Shown: positions 28,496 through 35,456 of the stretch, in pieces
How the letters are laid out: every line of letters starts with the position of its first letter
How positions within the stretch are numbered: position 1 is the first letter of the stretch
IMG/VR virus record: IMGVR_UViG_3300032677_000006
Direction: 5' to 3' (one strand)
DNA: 64,000 bases
DNA from: a virus
Translations under genes and position numbers: made by a program
The notes under the pieces: model-generated
Databases searched by the model: none
The model's input: the letters and a program-made list of their open reading frames with translations, nothing else
Told to the model about the DNA's origin: nothing

Positions 28496-28969
28496 TCAGT
28501 AGAACTCGATTTCAATAATCTGTCTGCGTAGGTCAATCTCCGCAAACGACGGCTTGACCGTCAGGCTCATGGTTTTACCGTCAACATCGTTGTCCCGCCG
28601 GAAGGTGGTCTTGATCTTCCAGTTCGGCTCGGCCATGTAGGCCGCCAGTTCCTCCGTGGGATCGTCCAGGGTGCCGGTTGGACGCGGCCTCTGCGGCCAG
28701 CTGATCGTCACCGCGCGCACCAGCGAACCGTCCTCGTCGTGGTTAATCGTGCCGTGGCCCTGGACTGAGCGAATGTCTACGTCCATGCTCTTTACGCCCC
28801 ATTCCCGCAAGTCCACCATCAGCGCCCAGCGAATCGTCAGGTTGAATTCCTCCGTCTCGTCGTGCGCCGTGCCGTATACAGTGATCGCCTTCGGCCCCAG
28901 CTGGGTAGTAAACTCCCAGTCCTCGGTTTCCAGCAGTCGGGCGGCGGTCGCTAGCGCGCGTTCATTCAT
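28496..28969 (-). CDS. LLE-motif hypothetical protein
   Basis: MNERALATAARLLET; GTAGTTA upstream. Confidence 0.65.
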   Translation of the reverse strand: MNERALATAARLLETEDWEFTTQLGPKAITVYGTAHDETEEFNLTIRWALMVDLREWGVKSMDVDIRSVQGHGTINHDEDGSLVRAVTISWPQRPRPTGTLDDPTEELAAYMAEPNWKIKTTFRRDNDVDGKTMSLTVKPSFAEIDLRRQIIEIEFY

Positions 28970-29100
28970 TCCCGGTAACTACGCGAGAAAAACAGTTCTG
29001 TAGGTATGTCAGCACCCAATGTGCTGCCTGCGGACGGTCGCCGTCGAACCGTCCACCAGGTTAACCTATCGACGAGAGTGAACGACTGAAAGATTGAAAT

Positions 29101-30045
29101 ATGAAAAATACTGCTGAATGGCAGGCCCGCGTAGACGCGGCCTGGAAACCCGTAGAAACCTACCTTGAGTCCACTGGAACTCCGAATGAAGTTTTCGCTG
29201 AACTGCGTGAAGATTTCAACGATAACCTCACCAAAAAACTGGGTTTAATTGAATCCATCATCGGTCTTGAAGGACTCAATGACGATGAAAAAGTCAAATT
29301 CGGAGACTACCGCGAGATAATGAAAGACGTCCCCATTGTCATCGTTCGGATGTCGTGGGCCGGTTTGCGCGGAGCCAAAAAAGACATCAGCGTCCACACC
29401 GGAAAAGGCACCGAGGAGGTGGACGACCGCACCGCCGCCCTGCGCGCCTTGGGCCTAAAGGTCCGGCTGGAGGACGCCGATCCGATGCAGCTGTTCAAGC
29501 TGTACCTGCCTGACAAGCCGTCTGACCCGGTCAGCACGGCCCTCAAGAAACGCTACCAGGACAAGCCGGTCGTGGCCTTCCGCGACGACGGCACCGTGGC
29601 GCTGACTGAAACCATCCAGTACCTCTCCGACTTGGAGCAGGGCTACCCCGCCAGCGAAAACGTCATGGTCGACGGCAAGCTGGCCAAGCTCTGGCCGGTC
29701 GGCGTAAGGCCCAGCACCATGGTGGAGGAAGACCCGCTCTTCCCTGGCCAGCCGCTGCGCAACAACTACAGCACCGTCAACCACCGCAACTGGGCCAAGG
29801 TCAGTCTGTGCGAGCGCCAGATGTGCCGGATCATCGTGGAACGCGGCGACATCGACCCGAACAACCAGGACGCCGTGCTGCGGCTGCTGGAACGGGCCGA
29901 AGCCAGTTCCCTCGACGTCGCTTACCCTGGAGCCGACCTGGAATTCCGGGAACGCGCCAAGAAAGACACGCTGCCCAAGCTCAAGGTTGAGCTGGGCGCA
30001 CTGACCAAGCCGCAGAACCCCTTCGGCGTCCGTCGTCAATACTAA
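29101..30045 (+). CDS. hypothetical protein
   Basis: 314-aa ORF. Confidence 0.7.
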   Translation: MKNTAEWQARVDAAWKPVETYLESTGTPNEVFAELREDFNDNLTKKLGLIESIIGLEGLNDDEKVKFGDYREIMKDVPIVIVRMSWAGLRGAKKDISVHTGKGTEEVDDRTAALRALGLKVRLEDADPMQLFKLYLPDKPSDPVSTALKKRYQDKPVVAFRDDGTVALTETIQYLSDLEQGYPASENVMVDGKLAKLWPVGVRPSTMVEEDPLFPGQPLRNNYSTVNHRNWAKVSLCERQMCRIIVERGDIDPNNQDAVLRLLERAEASSLDVAYPGADLEFRERAKKDTLPKLKVELGALTKPQNPFGVRRQY

Positions 30046-30089
30046 CCCCCATCCGTCGGCGGGGCGTTTGCTCCGCCGACACCCTCATT

Positions 30090-31286
30090 ATGTCCAAATT
30101 TAGCTTAGCCTCCCACCAGGAGTGCCTGATGACCGTCAACGGTTGCAGCGTCTCCTTCAACATGCCGCAGGCCCTCCATGACTCCACCCTCGTTCAGGGT
30201 CTGCCGCCATACCACCGCCGCCAGGCGTACCTAGTGGACGAATACCCGGCCTGCCCGACGGAGTGGCTCCGCAGCAGTGGCCGCATCAAGAGCTACTTCG
30301 TGCCCATCGTCGAAGGGCGCGGCATGTGGCTGGACTTCAACAGCTGCCTGCGCGGCGTGCCCCAGCATGTCGCCATCGTCGTGTCTGTCCAAGGCATCAA
30401 CGCCATCACCGGGCTGCCTTGCAAGGACGCCCAGCTGGAGCAGTACCGAGACCAGTGCCCCACCCACAAGAAAGACTTCGGGCCGGACCGGTTCTGCGCT
30501 GACTGCGGCCACAAGTGGCCCAAGCAGAACTACCTCGCCAGCACGTGCACGCCCCCGGGCGGCCTGTGGTTGGACGGCTTCCGGGCCGAGGACGGCACCG
30601 TCCGCCAGTACGTGCTGACCGAGCAGAAAACGCGCGGCGTGGCCAATGCCCTGATCGGCGGTGACCGCGTCCACGCCCTGGGCCTGTCCTTCTTCCTCTC
30701 CAAGGAAGTACGCCCACGGGCACCGGCAGTCCGCCGCACATTTGGCAGCACGAGCCACAGCCTGATGGACTGCACCCACGACAACGAATTGCACAGCTAC
30801 TGCGACGACTTCAGCAATAGCCCGCCCGGTGCAACGTACGGAAGCAGTGTTAATTTCATGTCGCTGACGTGCAGCAGCGCTGAACCAGCAGCGGACATGA
30901 CCATGAAGATGTCCAACCCGACGGCGACGAAAGGGTCCGTCAAGATGGGTAAGCCACTCGGCAAGATCATGGCCCGCCACCTCTGCGCCCCCAGCGACGA
31001 TGACGACGGCAGCCTCAACTGGATGGCCGCCGACCGTGACCGCTCACCCACGCCCGAACCCGTGGTCACCAAAAAGCTGGAGATCGCCGCCGGGGCGCGC
31101 CTCGACCAGCGCGTCTACGACGACCCGCACGGGTTGGACTACTGGCAGAGCGAGCCGGAAGGTTTGATCGTGATCAACTACTGCCAGGAAGCCGAGGCCG
31201 AGCGCATTCTGGCAGCGGGGAAAGTGGACCTCTCAGGCAGCCGCGAAGGCTTCCTTAAAAACGTGCCGGTAGGCAACCCGGTCTAG
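30090..31286 (+). CDS. hypothetical protein with Zn-ribbon insert
   Basis: 398 aa; GMWLDF, INAITG, CPTH..CADC, QNYL, WLDG, VRQYV, AAGARLDQ. Confidence 0.7.
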   Translation: MSKFSLASHQECLMTVNGCSVSFNMPQALHDSTLVQGLPPYHRRQAYLVDEYPACPTEWLRSSGRIKSYFVPIVEGRGMWLDFNSCLRGVPQHVAIVVSVQGINAITGLPCKDAQLEQYRDQCPTHKKDFGPDRFCADCGHKWPKQNYLASTCTPPGGLWLDGFRAEDGTVRQYVLTEQKTRGVANALIGGDRVHALGLSFFLSKEVRPRAPAVRRTFGSTSHSLMDCTHDNELHSYCDDFSNSPPGATYGSSVNFMSLTCSSAEPAADMTMKMSNPTATKGSVKMGKPLGKIMARHLCAPSDDDDGSLNWMAADRDRSPTPEPVVTKKLEIAAGARLDQRVYDDPHGLDYWQSEPEGLIVINYCQEAEAERILAAGKVDLSGSREGFLKNVPVGNPV

Positions 31287-31474
31287 TTCTGCGCACACAA
31301 AACCAGGTCGTCCTGCGCCTCCAACTGCTGGCGCAGGCGACTGGCCTCGATCTTGCGCTGATGGGCGGCCTCCAGCGTGGCGTCCTCCGTCCGCTCAAAA
31401 TCACGCAGGACCAAACCCTGCGTCAGATCGGGCTGACAGATTTCACACGTACAGATGGTAATAATGTCTACCAT
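31283..31474 (-). CDS. hypothetical protein (leaderless, sigma70 promoter)
   Basis: ATG 6 nt after the -10 box. Confidence 0.5.
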   Translation of the reverse strand: MVDIITICTCEICQPDLTQGLVLRDFERTEDATLEAAHQRKIEASRLRQQLEAQDDLVLCAQN

Positions 31475-31480
31475 GGCAAC

Positions 31481-31509
31481 AGGTTACCACCGGCGTAGAC
31501 ATCCGTCAA
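31481..31509 (-). promoter_or_regulatory. sigma70-type promoter
   Basis: TTGACG-N17-TAACCT. Confidence 0.65.
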
Positions 31510-31571
31510 TGTAAACTTTTGTCAGCACCGGGCCACGTCCGTGTAAACGCTACTGATGGGTTCTTACCCGC

Positions 31572-32090
31572 ATGAACTGGAGCGGCTACCGCCGCAAAAA
31601 GAAAACACGGGTTGCGCCCAAAGCGCGCACCAAAGCGGAGAAGTGCAAAAGCAAGTGGTGCAAGAACCGGCGGGCCACCAAGCGCTCCCGCTACCGCACG
31701 GCATCGGGCAAGGTAGGCGTCTACGAATGCACGCTGCCGTACTGCTGGAAGTGCAAGGCGCGCCACCTGGCGGAGCGGCATCCCCACACCTACGTCCTGA
31801 ACATGCTGCGGCACAGCGCGCGCAAGCGCAACCTGCCCTTCACCCTGACCCTGGACCAGTTCAAGGCGTTCTGCGCCAAAACCAACTACCTGGAACTCCG
31901 GGGCAAGAATCCGAGCAGCCTGACGGTCGACCGAATTGACCGTACCGACGGCTACCACCACTGGAACATCCAGATCATGACCCACGCGGATAACAGCGCC
32001 CAGGGCAGCGATAACACGCCACGAGAGGAAGCGCAGGAGCGCTGGGAAACTTCGTCGGAGCCGAGTGACACTGGAAACAACCCTTTTTGA
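31572..32090 (+). CDS. HNH-like (His-Me finger) endonuclease
   Basis: SARKRNLPFTLT; LTVDRIDRTDGYHHWNIQIMTHADN. Confidence 0.7.
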   Translation: MNWSGYRRKKKTRVAPKARTKAEKCKSKWCKNRRATKRSRYRTASGKVGVYECTLPYCWKCKARHLAERHPHTYVLNMLRHSARKRNLPFTLTLDQFKAFCAKTNYLELRGKNPSSLTVDRIDRTDGYHHWNIQIMTHADNSAQGSDNTPREEAQERWETSSEPSDTGNNPF

Positions 32091-32542
32091 CTGGCCGAGT
32101 ATCTATAGGTGTGAGCTTCGCAACCCAACTAGCTGAACATTTTGTAGCCCGCCAGAGCATTCTGGAGCGCTACATCGACGTTTGTCCGATCCCGTGCTTT
32201 ATCGTGAACAAGGAGGGCGAAACCATCTTCATCAACGAAGCCTACCAGCAGGCGTTTGACGCCCGTCTGGATCAAGTAAACGAAGGCCAGTGGGAAAGGC
32301 TGGTGCATCCCGAAGATTTGGAAACCTACAAAGCCCTGTGGGTCAACCTGCTGCGCCGCGACCGTACCGCCGCGACCATCACCATCCGGACCATCGTCGG
32401 AAACGAACCAATAACCAGCGTGTTCCGCATCACCCACGTCCCCGGCAACGGTTTCATCGGCTACATTCTTTTCCAGTGCTCCTCCAGCGACAACTGCCCG
32501 GTGCGGCACGTGATCGAAAACTACCTCAGCAAGCTGCCCTAG
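32087..32542 (+). CDS. stand-alone PAS domain protein
   Basis: PIPCFIVNKEGETIFINEAY...WERLVHPEDL. Confidence 0.85.
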   Translation: MTGRVSIGVSFATQLAEHFVARQSILERYIDVCPIPCFIVNKEGETIFINEAYQQAFDARLDQVNEGQWERLVHPEDLETYKALWVNLLRRDRTAATITIRTIVGNEPITSVFRITHVPGNGFIGYILFQCSSSDNCPVRHVIENYLSKLP

Positions 32543-32804
32543 CCTCCAGTTGGTCCAAAGTGGCGGCGCACTCCGCCGCCTTGGCGACCAATCCGGTGGA
32601 AAACCAACGCTGTTGAAACTTACCACCCCGAGCTGAAAGCGCCACGTAGCTGTCGTCCGGCGCGTAGTTCATGTACGCCGTGCGCCAGTTGACGATCCGC
32701 ACCAGCTCGCCGGTTTTCAAATTAAAAACACACCAGACACGATGGGTGCCTGGTGTGCTTGACCACCTCCGTTGCGCGTTCAGAATGTCAGCCCGGACGC
32801 TCAT
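32526..32804 (-). CDS. hypothetical protein coupled to Ro60 gene
   Basis: ATG overlaps the Ro60 stop (TAATG); MSVRADIL. Confidence 0.55.
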   Translation of the reverse strand: MSVRADILNAQRRWSSTPGTHRVWCVFNLKTGELVRIVNWRTAYMNYAPDDSYVALSARGGKFQQRWFSTGLVAKAAECAATLDQLEARAAC

Positions 32805-34501
32805 TAGTCCTGGCTGTATACTTCCGCGTCTCCTACCACCGAGGCGGCTTCGCCCCGGATGAAGTCCGCCACGACCGACGGGACCGACGAGTCGAAACCC
32901 ACCACGTCCAAGCCGTACGCGTCCTCCGGATCGTTGCACGTAAACGGCGTCGACGTCGTCGCCAGCATGACGCTGCGGGCATCCGGCACGAAGTTCGCCC
33001 GATAGTCGCGCAGCGCCAGCGCCGGGTGACGGCCACAGTTGACTTCGTTATCCGTCATGCAGATAAAGCCGCCCACCTTGAGCTTGGCCTTCCGCGCGTA
33101 CTCGAAGCACAGGCTGATGTCCGTGGAACCGAAGTTCATGTCGGCGGCCTGCCGCATGGCCGTCTCCAAGGTCATGCCCTTGCGAATGCCCAGCTCCCGG
33201 AACGTGTCCGCGAAGCCGAAGATGTGACACTCCGGCTCGACGCTGGCGTGAACCAGGGCCAGGGCCGCCGTGGCCTCGCAGGCGCGCAGCGCCGTGGCAC
33301 CGGCCATGGAGCTGTTCATGGAGCCAGAAACGTCCAGGCCAATCAGCAGCGGCTTGCCGCAGGGATGGACGTTCGGGAACGTCGCGTAAAACGCTTCGTC
33401 CAGCGCCGACAGGATCGACGGCACCGCCGTCCAGGCCAGCTTGCCGCGCAGTCCGGCGTTGCCGCCGTAGACGCGGGAGGCCACCAGGACCTGCATCGGG
33501 TGAATCCGCGACTTGCGCAAGTAGCCCGCGTTGGTGAGCCGCTCGGTCACCAGCTTGGCCGCCTGGCTCAGCGGGCGCACCAGGCCCACCGCCGTCATCT
33601 TGCCCAGGTTCCGAATCATGGCCGTCAGCGGCATGTTCTGGAGCAGGACCTCCCATACGGCCACCGAATTAAGCTTGTCCGTCGGCACGGCCTCGCGGGG
33701 CAGCTTGTGCGCCGCGATCAGCTTGACCAGCTCGGCTTCGTCCGCGAACTTAGCCTGCTCGAACGCCTCGATGAACACCGGCAGGTGTTGCCGCACGTCC
33801 GGGTAGGTCTTAACGCCTGCCAGCTTGCGCTGTACGGACCGGGGGCCGGTGGCCGCCAGGCCGCCGATCACCCAGCGGAAGACCGCCTCCTGGGCATCAT
33901 TATACGCCTTGGGGTGGGCCAGCCGCAGCATGTCGCGAGCAGACCAGCCGTCGCGCTGCTGGTACTTGACCACCTGGTGGGCCAGCTCTTCCGGAGCCTT
34001 GGACGTAAACCACCGGCCAATCGCGTTGCGCACGCCACGGCCCGTGCCGCGAAAGGCGGTCACGTACGCCATGAAGTGGTACAGGTGCGTGCCGATACGC
34101 GCCACCTGCGGCAGCGCCTCCAGCGCCAGGGCGCGCGTCTCCGGGCAGTCCGAGGCCGCCGCCAGGGCGAGCACAAACAGCGCGGGTTCGTTGCGGTAGG
34201 CCCGGCCCTGGACGCTGATGTCTACCACCGTCTGGATCGTCCGGCGGGCATCCGCCTTCAGACAGGCCAGCACGCCGTCGTGGTTCTGCTTGGTCAGGTC
34301 CGGCTCGTCTACGTAATAGGTGCCGCCCTCCGAACCCAGGACCAGGAAGCGCTCCAGGCGCTTCCAGTCGTCTACCGCCCAGGTGTAGCCGCCGGTGCTG
34401 TTGAGCACCTGGCCACGGTCGGGGAGGGGTTCAGTGACCGGCAGCTTGAGCGAGCGCTTGGCCGACCGCGTATCGAACTGGGAAACATTGATCTTCGCCA
34501 T
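32804..34501 (-). CDS. rsr: Ro60/TROVE domain RNA-binding protein with vWA domain
   Basis: NSTGGY, RLERFLVLGSEGGTYY, KYQQRDGWSARDMLRLAHP, MPLTAMIRNLGKMT, RIHP, MIDAS DVSGSM, TDNE. Confidence 0.97.
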   Translation of the reverse strand: MAKINVSQFDTRSAKRSLKLPVTEPLPDRGQVLNSTGGYTWAVDDWKRLERFLVLGSEGGTYYVDEPDLTKQNHDGVLACLKADARRTIQTVVDISVQGRAYRNEPALFVLALAAASDCPETRALALEALPQVARIGTHLYHFMAYVTAFRGTGRGVRNAIGRWFTSKAPEELAHQVVKYQQRDGWSARDMLRLAHPKAYNDAQEAVFRWVIGGLAATGPRSVQRKLAGVKTYPDVRQHLPVFIEAFEQAKFADEAELVKLIAAHKLPREAVPTDKLNSVAVWEVLLQNMPLTAMIRNLGKMTAVGLVRPLSQAAKLVTERLTNAGYLRKSRIHPMQVLVASRVYGGNAGLRGKLAWTAVPSILSALDEAFYATFPNVHPCGKPLLIGLDVSGSMNSSMAGATALRACEATAALALVHASVEPECHIFGFADTFRELGIRKGMTLETAMRQAADMNFGSTDISLCFEYARKAKLKVGGFICMTDNEVNCGRHPALALRDYRANFVPDARSVMLATTSTPFTCNDPEDAYGLDVVGFDSSVPSVVADFIRGEAASVVGDAEVYSQD

Positions 34502-34574
34502 ACTGGTTAAAGGGCAATCGCACGCAACTACCGTACGTCTCAGCCGATGCCCGGGCTGTTGTTACTGATTCCAA

Positions 34575-34597
34575 TCCGGGCAAGTTGTCGGCCCAGA
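34575..34597 (-). promoter_or_regulatory. minimal Ro60-binding-like hairpin in the rsr leader
   Basis: UCUGGGC-C-GA-CAAC-UU-GCCCGGA reproduces the bulged-C stem of the adjacent Y RNAs. Confidence 0.55.
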
Positions 34598-34604
34598 AAA
34601 GAGA

Positions 34605-34671
34605 TTCTACCGCAGTTCACACGATGTCCTGGTGGCCACCAGGCGCAGGGCGCTGCCGACCGTCGGTAGAA
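34605..34671 (-). ncRNA. small structured RNA of unknown class
   Basis: Terminal stem UUCUACCG/CGGUAGAA; inner hairpins GCAG/CUGC and CCUGGU/ACCAGG; U-rich flanks. Confidence 0.45.
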
Positions 34672-34676
34672 ATTAA

Positions 34677-34814
34677 AGCGGGCAAGGGTCGCGTTCGGAG
34701 ACCGGCTTACGCCGAGAGCGCTGTGCTACCGTTACACCACCGAGGCGTAAAGCCTCGGCGAGGATTTGAACCTCGACAGGCGCTAGGGTGATAACCAAAC
34801 AGCTTCGGCCCGCT
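34677..34814 (-). ncRNA. yrlA: Y RNA, YrlA type, with circularly permuted tRNA-like domain (138 nt)
   Basis: AGCGGGCCGAAG...CUUGCCCGCU Ro stem; T arm CGAGG-UUCAAAU-CCUCG; closed acceptor CCGAGGC-UUUAC-GCCUCGG; D arm GUGU-AACGGUA-GCAC; AGCGC/GCGCU stem. Confidence 0.92.
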
Positions 34815-34824
34815 AAAATTAAAA

Positions 34825-34885
34825 ATCGGACAAGTGTTTGACTCAGGGTGATTTTGGAAAGATAACCCTGGGTCTTCGGCCCGAT
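34825..34885 (-). ncRNA. minimal Y RNA (61 nt)
   Basis: AUCGGGCCGAAGACCCAGGGUUAUC...ACCCUGAGUCAAACACUUGUCCGAU. Confidence 0.85.
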
Positions 34886-34903
34886 AAAATGTCAAAATTA
34901 AAA

Positions 34904-34964
34904 GTCGGACAAGTAATTGCCGAGGGGTGTTCATTCAAAGATAACCCTCGACGTTCGGCCCGAC
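34904..34964 (-). ncRNA. minimal Y RNA (61 nt)
   Basis: GUCGGGCCGAACGUCGAGGGUUAUC...CCCUCGGCAAUUACUUGUCCGAC. Confidence 0.85.
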
Positions 34965-34969
34965 AAAAT

Positions 34970-35043
34970 TGGTTGCGGGTGGAGGAGTTGAACCTACCAT
35001 CCTACTGGTTATGAGCCAGTCGTGCTCTGTACACCAACCCGCG
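34970..35043 (-). tRNA. tRNA-Met(CAT), initiator-like, atypical D loop
   Basis: CGCGGGU/ACCCGCA acceptor with C1:A72 mismatch; ACUGG-CUCAUAA-CCAGU anticodon arm; UUCAACU T loop; encoded CCA. Confidence 0.85.
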
Positions 35044-35047
35044 CTCA

Positions 35048-35121
35048 TGGTGGGCTGGGCAGCCTTGCGACTGCGAAGGTTGGCGACGCTGGCTTTCGGC
35101 CATCACGTCAACCACCAGCCC
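35048..35121 (-). ncRNA. CCA-ended tRNA-like RNA without cloverleaf
   Basis: GGGCUGG/CCAGCCC-A-CCA acceptor stem enclosing two non-canonical hairpins. Confidence 0.6.
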
Positions 35122-35138
35122 ATTAAAAATCCCCTGAG

Positions 35139-35385
35139 ACCGGACAAAAATTGCAAATCGGAGGTTCGGGTCTTTACCCTCTCAAAACTTCTCACGAAGC
35201 TCTGATAGCTTAGCCCAGCCCATTTCCGCCTGCAATTACCGTCGCTTCGGCGGTTGGCTGACTGGGCATTACCTACCAGGTTGCCCTGGACGAGCGCTGC
35301 GACAAATTAACGGGTTATGCCGGTTGTCGCACCCAGCGATTTGCTGGTTGTTCGTTTCATGGTAACCGATTCACTGCGGCCCGGT
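35139..35385 (-). ncRNA. long Y RNA (~247 nt) with multi-hairpin module
   Basis: ACCGGGCCGCA-GUGAAUCGG-UUACC ... CCGAUUUGC-AAUU-UUUGUCCGGU; at least 6 internal helices. Confidence 0.75.
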
Positions 35386-35389
35386 TCAA

Positions 35390-35430
35390 AGAACTGAAGA
35401 AAGCGTAGACGAAGTTTGAATTCCAGTCAA
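35390..35430 (-). promoter_or_regulatory. promoters of the Y RNA-rsr operon (sigma70 plus GTTCT)
   Basis: TTGACT-N17-TACGCT with AT-rich UP tract; GTTCT 4 nt before the first Y RNA. Confidence 0.7.
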
Positions 35431-35456
35431 CATTTTATTTTAAGAATTTTTCCGGC

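Noticed and set aside
29006-29089. 27-aa ORF after GTTCT, upstream of 29101
   Set aside because: Too short to support and out of frame with the next gene; it could be a leader peptide or a broken 5' end
34717-34784. T and D arms as a stand-alone tRNA or pseudo-tRNA
   Set aside because: The arms are in permuted order with a closed acceptor stem and no anticodon loop; they are part of YrlA
34677-34964. Recurring GGACAAG...GATAACC...TTCGGCCCG units as a CRISPR array
   Set aside because: The units are self-pairing with covarying stems and unequal lengths, there are no identical direct repeats and no cas genes, and they fit Y RNAs next to Ro60
34585-35205. Short ORFs 34585-34791, 34707-34934 and 34969-35205
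   Set aside because: They overlap structured RNAs and have no protein-like features
32526-35430. Complete rtcB/rtcR RNA repair operon around rsr
   Set aside because: No RtcB, RtcA or RtcR motifs in this window; they could lie elsewhere in the genome
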